From: Saccostrea echinata
Lineage: Eukaryota
Reading direction: 5' to 3'
NCBI RefSeq assembly: GCF_033153115.1
Contig: NW_026889805.1
Location: 13,702,001-13,766,000, forward strand
DNA: 64,000 nt
This document shows, in pieces, positions 37,301 to 49,600 of the stretch; within the stretch, counting starts at the first letter, position 1; the number at the start of each line of letters is the position of its first letter. The position numbers and the translations under genes are program-made. Below the pieces are notes generated by a model. The model saw only the letters and a program-made list of their open reading frames with translations. It did not search any database and was not told where the DNA came from.

Positions 37301-38587
37301 TTGGTACTGAAAGATGTTCGACCAAACCCCCCACCCCCACCCACCCACACCCCCGAAATAGGATTTTCGGGTTTGGAGAAAGAACAATTTTCCTTTTTTT
37401 TTTTTGCTTGTCAAGTTTTTTTCAGGTTTGATTTTTTTTTCTATTTCAGTTAGCCACCCCACTATCAATTTCCTTCCGACGCCAATGGTTCATTAAAATC
37501 GGATTTGATCTCCCGGAAGTCAAACATAAAAAATCCGATATACTTGTTCATTATCTTCATGTCATTTGATAAAATATAAATTAATTAAAGAATTATCACA
37601 TATGCATGTAATTATAGGACTATTAATGCAAAGCCTTGTGTCAAACTTTAATCACGCGTGAGTTGCTTGGTTTAAGGATATCCGATCCTCAGCCTTGAAG
37701 GATAACTCTTAATTTTATCATTTTATTCAAAAAGGCTAAAATGATTTTAATTTGGTTGTTTGTTTGCTGTTTAACGTCCCTCTCGAGAATTTTTCACTCA
37801 TATGGAGATGCCACAATTTGCCAGTGGAGAGCTGCAAATTCTGTCCTATACTCGGCACTTACGGACATTGAGCAGTGAGGGATTTTTTTCGTGCCAACAC
37901 CTACTGTGGCACGGGACCTCGGTTTATGGCTTTATGCGGTCTCTTACGAAGGATCGGTCTCAACGTCCCACTGTCGGATTCGAACCCGTGACGTAAGGAT
38001 TGACTCCTTATTCCTCGTCTCTTAGAGCAGACACTCTAATCACCGTGCCACGTTGGCGACGACAAAGATGAAACTTGAAAAATGAAATGTTTTCATGCGG
38101 CAATTTTTATTTTAAGCATTTCAATGTGATTTAAGGTTTTCTGAAGTCTTAGAAACAGTCTTATAAATAGTTGATATTAGTAATTTACATCTCCCCCCAG
38201 AAAAAAGTATTAAACAAATTACAAATTTAACGTAATCCAGTTTCCTTCCATCTACTAGCATATAGATACATGTACCAGTGCACATTTGCATATTATGAAA
38301 TTAGAAATGATTTATGGTGTTTTGCACCAGGTTCTTCCCGGATGATCGGATCTGGTTTAATAATCCTTTTTTTTAATGAAAATGTGTATTTTGCATAAAA
38401 ATAACATTTTCAAATAAAGAAATAACTATCAAAAAGAAATAGTTTTTTTTAGTTAAAATACAGTGTTTAACATCGGAATAATTTTTAAGTTTATTAGATT
38501 TTTATCAAATATGTCAAAAAAACACACACACATAAAATATCGCCAACCCAGTCTACCCATTTTACCAACATGGAAATCAACAATCGC

Positions 38588-38623
<36 letters not shown>

Positions 38624-41600
38624 AAAATACTAAGTACTTATAGCACAATAGATAAAATATTAAATCAGAAAATTGAAACTGCCTACCAATTTTAATTGAA
38701 ACCAAAAATCGTCAAGAAAATCTAAAATACCAAGAATTTAAAATTTTAAATACAATTTTTACAGCGAAAACACATTAGCCTAAAAAAAGAGTCTGAAAAT
38801 TTTAAATCAGAAATTAGAAAAATCTCGAATAGTCCCGGCTTTTAATTTGCCACGGCCCGGGTTTCCTATTTTCAAACACTCTTTAAACTGGAACTCCGCG
38901 CATTTTAAAAAAAATGTTTTTGCAAGAGGACCAGTTTAGATGATGATAAAGAAGTTACCACTGCATTACATGAAACGACTAATGCATATAAAGCATTGAC
39001 CACATCATATAACAAATTAACAACATCATATAACAAATTAACCACCTCATATAAAGATGTTACCACTGCAAAGTATGATTTTAGGAATATATATAATAAT
39101 TTTACTATATAATATAATGATGTTAGTACTGCACATAATAGATTTTTCACTTCATGTAAAGGTGTCGCACTGAATGAAATTAACTTGGCACTTCACATGC
39201 AGCGGGTTTCATACAATGTAATGATTGCTTTATCACACAAATTATGTTTGTACTGTATATATTGAATTCATCACATCACAGAAAGATATCAGCAATGTAT
39301 GAAATGGAAAAACCACTGCATATAATGATTTTACAACATAATATATCGATATTATCACTTCATTACATTATTTAACCAATACATATAATGACATTGCCAC
39401 TGAATATAATGATAAAACCACTGCATATAATAAAGTTATCAATGAATATAATAATTTTATCACTGTATATAATGATTTTATCACTGTATATAAAGATAAA
39501 ACCACTGCATATAATAAAGTTTTCATTGAATATAATGATTTTACCACTATATATAATGACTTAACCACTTCACATAAAGGTTATACCACCTGATATAAAA
39601 TGAAAATGACCTTCAGGCAGCTGTGGCGTTCCATAGACTCTCCGCTTCTGTAAAAACGTATTGCAACGAATGTGTACATAAAATTTTATGAATTTATCAT
39701 GTTTAATGGAGTTAACACAGTACATGTATCGGTCGAACACGTGTTTACTCGGTGTTAACGTAGACTGTCAATTGATTGGCTATTACATTTATGGAATACC
39801 TGTTGAACAGGTATTCGAATGAACCATTTGACCGCCTTTTTCCTTTCTAAAGGAATGGGCGTGTCATTATATGACAATCAACGTTCTAAAGAAAGCTCAA
39901 AACGTTCCATTCAAACGGAAAAGAGCCATAGCTGCCTCTCCGACGACACGGCCGACTCAAGAATTTAAAAGGAAATCACCTGTTTCTATTTATAGATATA
40001 CCTTTTCAATTCAAGATCAAACTATGTAATATGGTTTGAGGACGAGTATTATATTTTCATAGTTGCAAGTATGTCAAATGACATTCATTTAATTGTTCAA
40101 TACTCTAATTCTGAGACAAAAGATTTAGAAAATCAATAAAAATAAAACAATTAGCTATGAATTTACAAACTTTAAAGCTATATATGGCGTATCTGAGCTA
40201 AAAAAAATAAAATAAAATAAAAAAGAGATTGAGTGAAGATAAACGTGACATATGTTTTTTACGTTCAAATAAAAATTTTCACCGATTTTGAACTTGAATA
40301 ACCTAATGTTTCCATAGTTAAATTGATTTTAAACTGTGTCTGTTAATTGAATGCGGAGTCGTTAAATAAATCGGATATTGTATTAAATTTCTAATATCTT
40401 TGAAACGTGATTGATTTTAATTGTGTAATTTACAGGAAAGTCCTATCTTTATATAGAGTAATAAAACAAACAGAAAGATCTTTTTAATTTTAGTTAAATA
40501 CGCCATATATGACTTTAATAAAATAGTTTAGGACAGTCTTTTCCCGAGATACTTTCAAAGTGTAATGTGAATATTATAACTTTCTGAAATTATGGATGTT
40601 AAAAAACGTAATAAAGAAAAACGTAGAAAAGATACACAAAAAAAAAAAAAATTTTTTAAAAAGCATAAATGGAAAAATGTGGGACTCGAACTCGCAATCA
40701 CCATATTTACATTCCAGCAATCATACCACTGCGCCAACGAAGTCAATGACGTCGAATGGATAAATTTAAGACAGATTGCTAAATCTTACGATTATATGAG
40801 AAGAAAATTTGAATATATATTTCCATCATTTTCAATATGAAGACCACCTTTAACCAAATTTATATCTAAATGTAATGAAGTGCAGTCAAATCCAAATCAA
40901 TTTATTCAAAAGTTGTTTTTCTGGTTAAGGGTGGTCTTTGGCAACAGTTTGTCATCTTTAGGTGGATACCTCAATATTTACTATATACTCCATACAAACT
41001 GGATATTTTCATATTTATTACATGAAGGAACTATTAATATTGAAATATCATTATTATGTGGTTTGGTTTTACGTATGTATAAACTAATAGCGAGCGCAGC
41101 GAGCGGCGCGAAGCGCCGCTCGTCACTGCGAGCTCTTAAAGCAACGCCTGGGCGAAGAGAAAATTCGGACTTTGCACATTGTTCCAAGTGAATTTTTTTC
41201 CGCAGTTACCTGTGGTCCCATAATGCTTAGTGAATTGCATCTCGCCGCAAACCACGTTCTCGCGGTAGCAACAAAAATTCAACAAAATATAAAATCACCT
41301 TGATTTAATGGATGTATAGCAGACAGATAGTAGATTAAACGTTTTTGATTAAAAATAGCACTGTTCAGACTTCGTTTTGGTAATGCAACATACATACGAC
41401 GTCATTTGACGTCAGAGTCTAGAAGTAGCAAATGTCACGTGCGGTTTGACGAGCCCGATCTAAATTAAAACTGAAAGATATCTGCGCTCGCCCTAACAGT
41501 CGCACCGTCAACATATTATTGTATGATAAAATTTTGGTTAAACACAATTTTGGTTAAAAAATGCCTATCAAATGCGCTATGGCTCTTTTATCACTTCAAT

Positions 41601-43108
41601 GCGCTTCATTGTACATGTGTTGTGGTAACTTCAATAAACGATACATTCATAACTTTGTACATATTCGTTACAATACGTGTTTTACAGATCGAAGCGCGGT
41701 CTCTAACTCTTTCTTCCAACTTGATAAAATCCCCATTTCAGTGTAACTAATGTTGCTAGTCCCAGAGAGTGGGGGTGTCCTTAAGCATTACGATTAGTAT
41801 TTCTTTCTCGTTTCTAAAGAAATTGGCGTGTCATTATGTAGCAATTGACGTTCGATAAGAAACACCCAAACTTTCCACTCAAACGAAAAATTTTACCACT
41901 TCAATGCGCTTCATTTCAACTGAATAACTTCATCATATAAACTAAACAATAAGCATACGTAGTAACATATTATTCAATGATAAAGATAACATAAAACCTG
42001 TCTACAGGTTTCCTTGATACAATGCTTTGTGGTATCCATTATAGGAGGTACTGCTGATATAACTGTACACAAGAAATGTGAGGACCACACTTTAGAAGAA
42101 ATTAGTCCCGCCAGCGGGGGACCATGGGGAGGAAAATCGGTCGACGATCGCTTCATACGCTTCCTGGAGGATATAAGCGGAAGTGGAACAATGTCGAAGT
42201 ACAAAAAACAAAGTATGGAAGATTATTTAGACATTTTACGAACATTCGAAGTAACAAAACGTAGTGTTTCGCCCGAAAAGACGGGGAAAATTCAAATAAG
42301 AATACCTCTGTCTTTTGTTGAGTTCTGCAAATCTACTAGAAAGGTTAAGGACTTTGCTTCTGCTATAGAAATTTCACCTCACAAAGGTAATGTGACATAT
42401 GCTACCGGTAAACTAAAGTGGACAGTCGAATTTTTTAAAAAGACATTTTTCCAAAAAACTATTGAAAGCATAGTCAAACATGTAGATGAATTATTTGAAG
42501 AAGAAAATGTCAGAGGAGTTAGTAATATTCTAATGGTTGGTGGTTTTTCCGAGTGTAAACTTGTTCAGAAGGCCATTATAGACAACTTTCCAGACAAAAA
42601 AGTCATTGTTCCGACTGATGCAGGACTTGCTGTTGTCAAGGGGGGCGTGTACTTTGGTCACGTGCCAAATGCCGTTTCTCGAAGAGTGGCAAGGTTTACA
42701 TACGGTATTCAAACATGGCCAGAATTTAAACCGACCATTCATCCACAATCGAAGAAATTTGAGGTCAATGGAATGAATCGTTGTAAGGATGTCTTTTTTC
42801 CATTCGTTCAGAAGGGAGAGCAGATTCCGCTTGGCTTTTCAAAGTCTCAAATATTTCGTCCTCTGCATGAAAACGACACCAGACTTGAATGTGCTGTTTA
42901 TATTTCAAGTGAGAAAGATCCAAAATTCGTGGACGACCCTGGATGTGAACTATTGGGCACCCTTCAGGTACCTGTTTCCAGACAGACCCCGGAATCTCCC
43001 AGCTCTGAGGTTGAGGAAACGCTCTTTTTTGGTGAGACAGAGATAAGGGTGACTGCACGTGATATAATGACGAACCAATCTAAAGACGTGTCTTTTGATA
43101 TATTTTGA
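34322..43108 (+). CDS. HSPA12: HSPA12-like Hsp70 gene 4, 578 aa, four coding exons
   Basis: Exons 34322-34624, 34732-34950, 35087-35237, 42045-43108. GT-AG, phases 0,0,1, total 1737 nt. DLGG/GTADIT is joined across a 6.8-kb intron 3. Confidence 0.92.
35735..39635. mobile_element. IS3EU-like fold-back element with arms of about 1 kb or more
   Basis: TATGGAACGCCATAGCTGCCTGAAGGTCATTTTCAT ... ATGAAAATGACCTTCAGGCAGCTGTGGCGTTCCATA. 6-bp flanks GACTCG/GACTCT. Arms are built from about 21-bp degenerate repeats. Confidence 0.8.
37750..38060 (-). mobile_element. tRNA-derived SINE
   Basis: On -: A-box-like GTGGCACGGTG, B box GGTTCGAATCC, (AAAC)n tail; same family as 54229-54529. Confidence 0.75.
39921..41587. 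mobile_element. Unclassified TIR insertion (AAGAGCCATAGC...GCTATGGCTCTT) with nested TTAA-flanked MITE at 40176-40514
   Basis: Splits module X' cleanly. Nested TTAA-AGCTATATATGGCGTAT ... ATACGCCATATATGACT-TTAA has Kolobok-like ends. GC hairpin at ~41095-41125. Confidence 0.55.
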
Positions 43109-43539
43109 ATACCTTAAATTTCATACCGATATGTATTATTATTTTCAGTTTAAATTTACTTTTATTTTTATAAGATTTCTCAAAAAGATGTTAATGGCAA
43201 AGTTACTTTGGTTTAATGGAAAATACGTTAATAAATGTAAATCTGAGCACATGAAGAAGGACATCTTCTACTGTTTCTTATAGATCCTATGAATCATATA
43301 ATGTATATTTATTCTACATATTTTTGATAAAATATTTTAAAACGAAGAGAGTTTCCTCATAACTATTCTTTACATGTTCTGTACTAAGAAATAATTGTGA
43401 TATTTATTGTAAGTTATGATAATTTTTTAGCATTTAAAAGTAAAGTAACAATTCTCACTAACTTATAAAGCATTATATTTCTGAAAAAGTTGAATATAAA
43501 ATAGGTGATCAATCTAAAAAATGAAACGTGAACATGAAA

Positions 43540-44380
43540 AAAAACACACCCATGGAAAACACCAGAGGCGGGATCAGCTGCCTGGGAGGAGTAAGCATCC
43601 CCTGTCGACTGATCATAACCGCCGTGAGCACCTGTATTGATGAGATAAACGGTATTCAAAATTGGTATAAATGCAATGATCTGAATTGATTAGAAACATA
43701 TCAGTAAACATAAGATTCAAGGATAGGATTTATTTGCAAACAATGTCATTATAATGGCCACACAATTTGCAAAATGCTGATTTTAAACGAGATGGTTAAA
43801 AGCCCTTTAACCCCAATGTTTTTTGTCAGTAGCCTATAACGATTTAAAAATTGGTCGTGTTCTTGCGAACCGAATAATTTAATTCGAAGGAAAAAAAAAT
43901 AATATATGCAGGTGATAGTAACTAAATAAATAGGGTAAGTTGACAATGGAAAAGCTGATCATCTCATTTGTCATATAGTTTAGTTGTTAGTTGGTTATTA
44001 ACGTCTATAGTCAGTTAAACATCCATTTATGAAACATATGTTACCGCAACTTCGGTATCTTTTATTTTGCGTTCACTCTAATATATCGAGTCGATGAAAT
44101 ATGAAATAAAATGAATCATTTACCACATATATTTTGACAAAATTAGAATTCCCTTCTTTTCCACAACAAGTTTTCTTCTCATATTGAAGTTTATTGATAA
44201 CAAAGTCTGCTTTTTATATAAATGAAATATGGAGGTAACAAACAGTATTAAAGCTCATAAGTTCATTCAAACAATACAGATCAGGAGAAGAGCAAACACG
44301 GACCTCTAATACATCAGTGGTAGGATCAGGTGCCATGGAGATGTGAGTATCCCCTGCCGACCGGTCACACCCGCCGTGTG
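43540..44380 (-). mobile_element. Penelope-like retroelement 3' remnants
   Basis: Frameshifted translation DQFLNRYRLLTK..SRLKSAFCKLCGHYND resembles the C-terminal RT region of bivalve Penelope-like elements (recalled, not searched). The GGCA(C/G)CTGATCC-type 3' motif occurs at 43567-43625 and 44319-44376. Confidence 0.6.
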
Positions 44381-44589
44381 CTTCTTTAAAAGAATATAAA
44401 ATAGGTCGGCTTTTGAAGGAGCACAATTAGCTCCCATGGAATGTCATTGATTGTTGGAAGAAATATCTTCGAAGACTACATAAATATTTTCAATAAGGAA
44501 TTTCGTCATATATATCTTCAACATCAACTTCAGAGTACATGTACTTGTGTATATAATCAGAATGATTTGTGAAAATTTCTGAGTTTAAG

Positions 44590-45520
44590 CGTTTTTGTGC
44601 CCCCGTATCTAATATTCGCGGAAATATTCGGGGATATATATTTTTTGCCCTGTCCGTCCGTCCGTCCAGCTGTTTGTTTGTCCGCAAAAACTTTAACCTT
44701 GCCTATAACTTTTAATTGATTGGAGCTATGAATTTCATATTTTCTCATGTGTATTCCTTGTGACAAGATCAAATCCTTTGGATACCAACATATATGACCT
44801 CTTGACCATTTCACAGGGATATTCCTTATGACAATATCTTCCTTTGGATACCAACAATTATGACCTTTTGACCTTGGAGTTTGAACTACTTTAGAAAATT
44901 TTAAACCTTGGCCATAACTGTTAGGGCTTTAATATTTTGCACGTGTATTTATAGTGACAAGACCTTTCTATGAGTTTAAATATTTTTGACCTTTTGACTT
45001 CAGAGTTTGACCCGGTTTAAAAAATCTTTAACCTTGGCCATACAATGTAACTTTTGAACAGTTAGTAATAAGGCTTTCACATTTCACAGGTATATTTCTT
45101 TTGACAAGACGTACCGTCGGATACCAACAATTTTAACCTTTTGACCTTGATCTTGGAGTTTGACCTATTTTTGAAAACTTTGACCTTAGCCATAACTTTT
45201 GAACAGTTGGTGCTAGGGCTTTTATAGTTTGCATGTGTATTTCTTATGACAACGTCTTCCCCTGTGTACCATTAATAACGACCCTTTGACTTTCACCTTG
45301 GAGTTTGACGCACTTTTAGAAAACATTAACCTTGACCATAACTTTCAAATAATTGGTACTTTGGCGTTCATATTTACCAGGTATATCCATTGACACAAGT
45401 CCTTTCTTTGGATAACAGCATTTTTGATCTCTTGATCTTGGATTTTGACTTGCATTTGAGAAACTTTAACCTTCGCCATAAGCTGCCATATGAGGGCATG
45501 TGTTTTACAAACACATCTTT
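44590..45520 (-). mobile_element. HINE with about six tandem 135-150-bp units
   Basis: (GTCC)n tract, repeated GACCTTGGAGTTTGACC..AACTTTAACCTTGGCCATAACT units, end GCATGTGTTTTACAAACACATCTT. Confidence 0.7.
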
Positions 45521-46639
45521 TTTTAAGAAAGCAGATGTCTATGTCGAAAAGCCTGGTTTTATTTATCGCTTGAAATGGTTGCACATTTTAATGTTATTGG
45601 TTTTTGAAAAAAAAAAAAAAATTCTAAAGTTCTTGATAGAGTTTTTGAGAATCCATATTTGATTTACACCATTTCTTAATATTATGTTGTAGCACAATGC
45701 CTCTGAGGTATTTCCTTCAAAGCAGTTAATATTTTGGTGAGGAGAAAAGATAGGGGCTTAGTTGAACATGACCTGGACCGTGCAATGTATCTTTGTATGG
45801 AATTTTATGAAGTTTTGGAATCCAGTATAGTCACTGTATATTAAATTCACTTCCATTGACTGGAATGTTAGAAGTATTAAAAACTAAACGTGATTTTGAA
45901 GAATTTCATCATTTTAAATGGAACTGTGAGTATAAGTTGGATTACCAGATGTGAAATCAAATCAAAGTTCTTCTAATTATAAAATGCACTTGTAAGAATG
46001 AGTCATACAAAAAGAATGCATAAATGTAACAAGCTTTGTCAACTGCAACCATATACTATTTTTCATGTAGTCTTTTTAATTTCTTCGTCGTTTCTGGTCT
46101 TCTGAAAACGAAAGGATATGATCATTTTTTTCATTCAATTGAAGAAAAAATTTATGAAAAGAAATAAGGCGGGATAGCTTTAATTCAAAGGGAAATTACA
46201 CAATAGAACAGAAAAAAAATTATTGTCATTTCCATTTCATATTGGAAATAGTAATTATTGATTCATAATATTTTATGATAATAATGCAGAGCTTTATGAA
46301 ACATCTCAGAAAAGCGGTCTATCGGATGGAGTGGTGGTATGTTCCACAGAAGGATCTCTCTCGGAATTGGTCGTCAACCAGTAATATATCATTAATTGTA
46401 AAATACTAAGTATCTTATTTTTTTTTTTTTTTTAAAAATTGCTTATAGAAAGTTGTTTGCTTCAAAATAATGTTAAAGTCACGTAAAAGAAAGATTGGTC
46501 ATAGCAGGACATGAAATTCATGAAGTCGTCTGTTACATACGTAATGTACCATAAGATCGTGACCTCCGTGGGAGATTATTGTATACAGTTCTGTTATCAG
46601 GGTCAACTCCACAAACTAGGATTGCACTTGATCGTCAAC

Positions 46640-49600
46640 ATGCTAGCTCTCTTTGTCACAGTCTTCTCACTCCAAAGTCTTTTTGTTCATGGACAAGTTG
46701 AAAATGTTTACACCTACCTGCAGAACCATGGGAACTTCACGACACTGGTTCGATTGTTGAAGCAGTCGGGTTTAGCCGGAACTTTAGCTACGTCAGGTTT
46801 GTCCTTGATCTGCACACTTCAGATCTTTATCAAAATCATTTTACAACCAGTATTTGAATTTACCCATATAAGTTAACGAATAGCCCCCCTCCCCCCCCCC
46901 CCCTCAAATTTGCAAAGTTAAAAGTTTACTTTAGAATTCTCTTGACACTATGAACATCCCTGAAGCATGGCCAAAAGTAATAACCCTGTTTCGCTTTAGC
47001 GACCCCGCTGACAATATTCGCACCCACTGATGCTGCCTTTGCTAAGCTTCCCCAGAGTGTCTTGGACCGGTTGAGTGGGGATCCCCAGGCTTTGGCAGAC
47101 ACACTGAAATTCCACGTGACAAGTGGCATTGTTATATCGCCCATGCTACAGGAGGGAGCAGTTTTCACGACACTGTCCGGAAAAAATTTGACCGCCCATC
47201 GCTACGATAACCAGGTTGGGAGCTTTAAAGAAGTTCATAGCTTCAAACTTAATGATAATCAAAATAATCATATCTAATAACATATTTTTATTTTTCTGTA
47301 CAGATCACTAATTCACTGCTTGTTATACGAAAGTAGAAAGTGTCTTACAAACTTCTAATAAGAAGAAATGCGACATTTGAGTTTTCATTTGTGTTTAATA
47401 TCAGCTTACTTATGTTTGCTCTAAAAAGCCTTCTTGATCAATTTCCACGTCCGTGCAGTGTTTTGACAGTATTTTCCTGTGTAACACAAGAGCTACACTG
47501 ATGGTCAATGTAATTGGTACGGACATTTAGAGGTCACAAAAAATCACATTATTTTACATATGTTCATTGTTGTTTCCTTAATTCTTGAAAAATGTCTGAA
47601 TAATATGAAATAATCTGATCTTAATTTAAAAGTATGTTTTGGATTTAACATTTACTTTATTCCCTCTTTTTCCATGAACAGCTCCCTACTTAATCAAGGC
47701 TTAAAATGTTTAAGCAGATATATCCGTATTTTATAACTAAAAGTGACCTTAAAATTAACTTTCCACTTATTATCCTACTCTCTTTGACCAATCCTGATTC
47801 ATTAAATATATCAATGACCCTGCTGCAATCAGGTGAAAGCACTGCTTTCGCAATTTAATTAGATAAATTAATCTTTACATCTGATCGATCTTACATTAAC
47901 TTTTACAAAAGGATTTATTGTGGAAAAATGAGACTGAGATTAAAACAGAGCTTAAATTGTTAGGCCATTGTTTTCAGACAGAATTGTCTACGGATTTTTT
48001 TCCGTTTGATCGATCATGACAAGGTGTGACCGGTCGACAAAGGATGTTTACTCCTCCATGGCACCTGATCCCACCTGTGGTGTTTTAGAGGTCCGTGTTT
48101 GCTCTACTCCCTATCTGTATTGTTCTACTGGACTTTTGAGCTTAATTCTGTTCGTTATCTTCATATTTCACTCGAATAAGTTTAATGGTCCCTTTCGAGA
48201 ATTTTTCATACCCTACGATTTACAAGTATCCCTTAAAGGATTGACCTGTATCAATAACCTACCGGAACATGAAGCTGTTTACAGACAAATGCCTACTAGC
48301 GCAGAAGACAACAGGGTAGTAGAAAGGGGAGGGATGGGGGTCTTGGATACGAACAACAACAGGAGGGGAGTATAAAGCAATTCCTTCCCTCTTATCATAG
48401 ACTGGAGGGTTAGCATGGTTAAAATACTTGGCTTTCCAAGGCCGTAACTACCATTGAGGCAAGTGAGGCAAATGCCTCAGTAAATTTCTGAAAAGTGAAA
48501 GTTTTATTTTGAACTTTAATTAATTATGTGTGTCTTAGTACTAATTTAATACTTTCAACTTTTTTTTCAATATCGGTAAATCAATCATATCGACAGGTGC
48601 CTCATTATCGTTTAGAACTTGACGCATGTAAAAAAAATAATTCAAAACGTTTGTTTTGTTTGATTGTTTAATGTCCCTTCCAAAAAATTTTCACTCATAT
48701 CAATTTGAGACGCCACCACTTGGCGGTGGAGGTCTATAAAGTTTGGTGTAAGACCTATACTCGGCACTTGGGGTCATTGAACCGTGAGGGGTGTCTTTCG
48801 TGCCCTCACCTACTGAGACACAGGCCCGGTTTTACCGTCTCAATGAAGGACCTGTATGTACATCCCGCAGTGGGAATTTGGGGAACCACCATCAGGACCT
48901 ACCCTGGCCCCGCATCTGACTAGGATGGCCCCCAGACTGTACCTTGCCTCACTAAAACTTTAAGTCTAGTTACGGCCTTGCTTTCTTAAACATCTGCAAC
49001 GGAGCTTTAAAATGAATAATCTGACGGTTGAAAGTAACCAAGGTGAGCATCTACAACATCTTTTTTTTTCGTAGAAATTTGTTATCCAAGGCGTGGAGAT
49101 AGATGGTGGGGACAAGATTGTTCTGAACGGAGTTATCCATCCCATAAACAGCGTTTTGATGCCCGCGGACGTGACCATTTCTGAATACCTCGGGACACAC
49201 GAGACTCAGTTCTCTGACCTGTACGCCGCACTTGTTCTGGAAGGTCTGGAGAAACCATTAGAAAGTAGGTGACGTCTGTGTCTGATTGTCTTTGTTTTTA
49301 GAAAAGGGACCAATTAAATCTGTTACGAAACAGATTAGTGATAATTGGATTACTGAAGTATAGTAAGGTGTAATTTCTGACCTTTGGGTGCACAAACGTG
49401 CAAAAGAAAGGATTTAGGATTTTTTAACATTTCGTACGCACACTGGTTGGAGGAAGAAGGGACAATCTTTTGCTATGTTCGGACTTTGTTTCCATTTAGA
49501 ACCATAGGCAGTACTCCGACCATGAATATTTTGTACTTTAATATATTTTGGATATATAAAATAGCCTTTTATAAGGAATTAAACAACATGTCCTAAGTTG

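Larger units (their letters stand above)
35291..41914. mobile_element. Composite inverted-repeat element (modules X Y X' Y') spanning gene 4 intron 3, interrupted twice
   Basis: X (35291-35516) is inverted at 39722-39920 plus 41588-41614. Y (35517-35733 plus 39636-39721) is inverted at 41615-41914. X and Y share an approx. 110-bp head, TGAAGCGCATT.AAGTG. Confidence 0.7.

Noticed and set aside
38905-39568. ORFs with repeating SLY/LLY units
   Set aside because: Produced by the 21-bp subrepeat of the fold-back arm; short and interrupted by stops.
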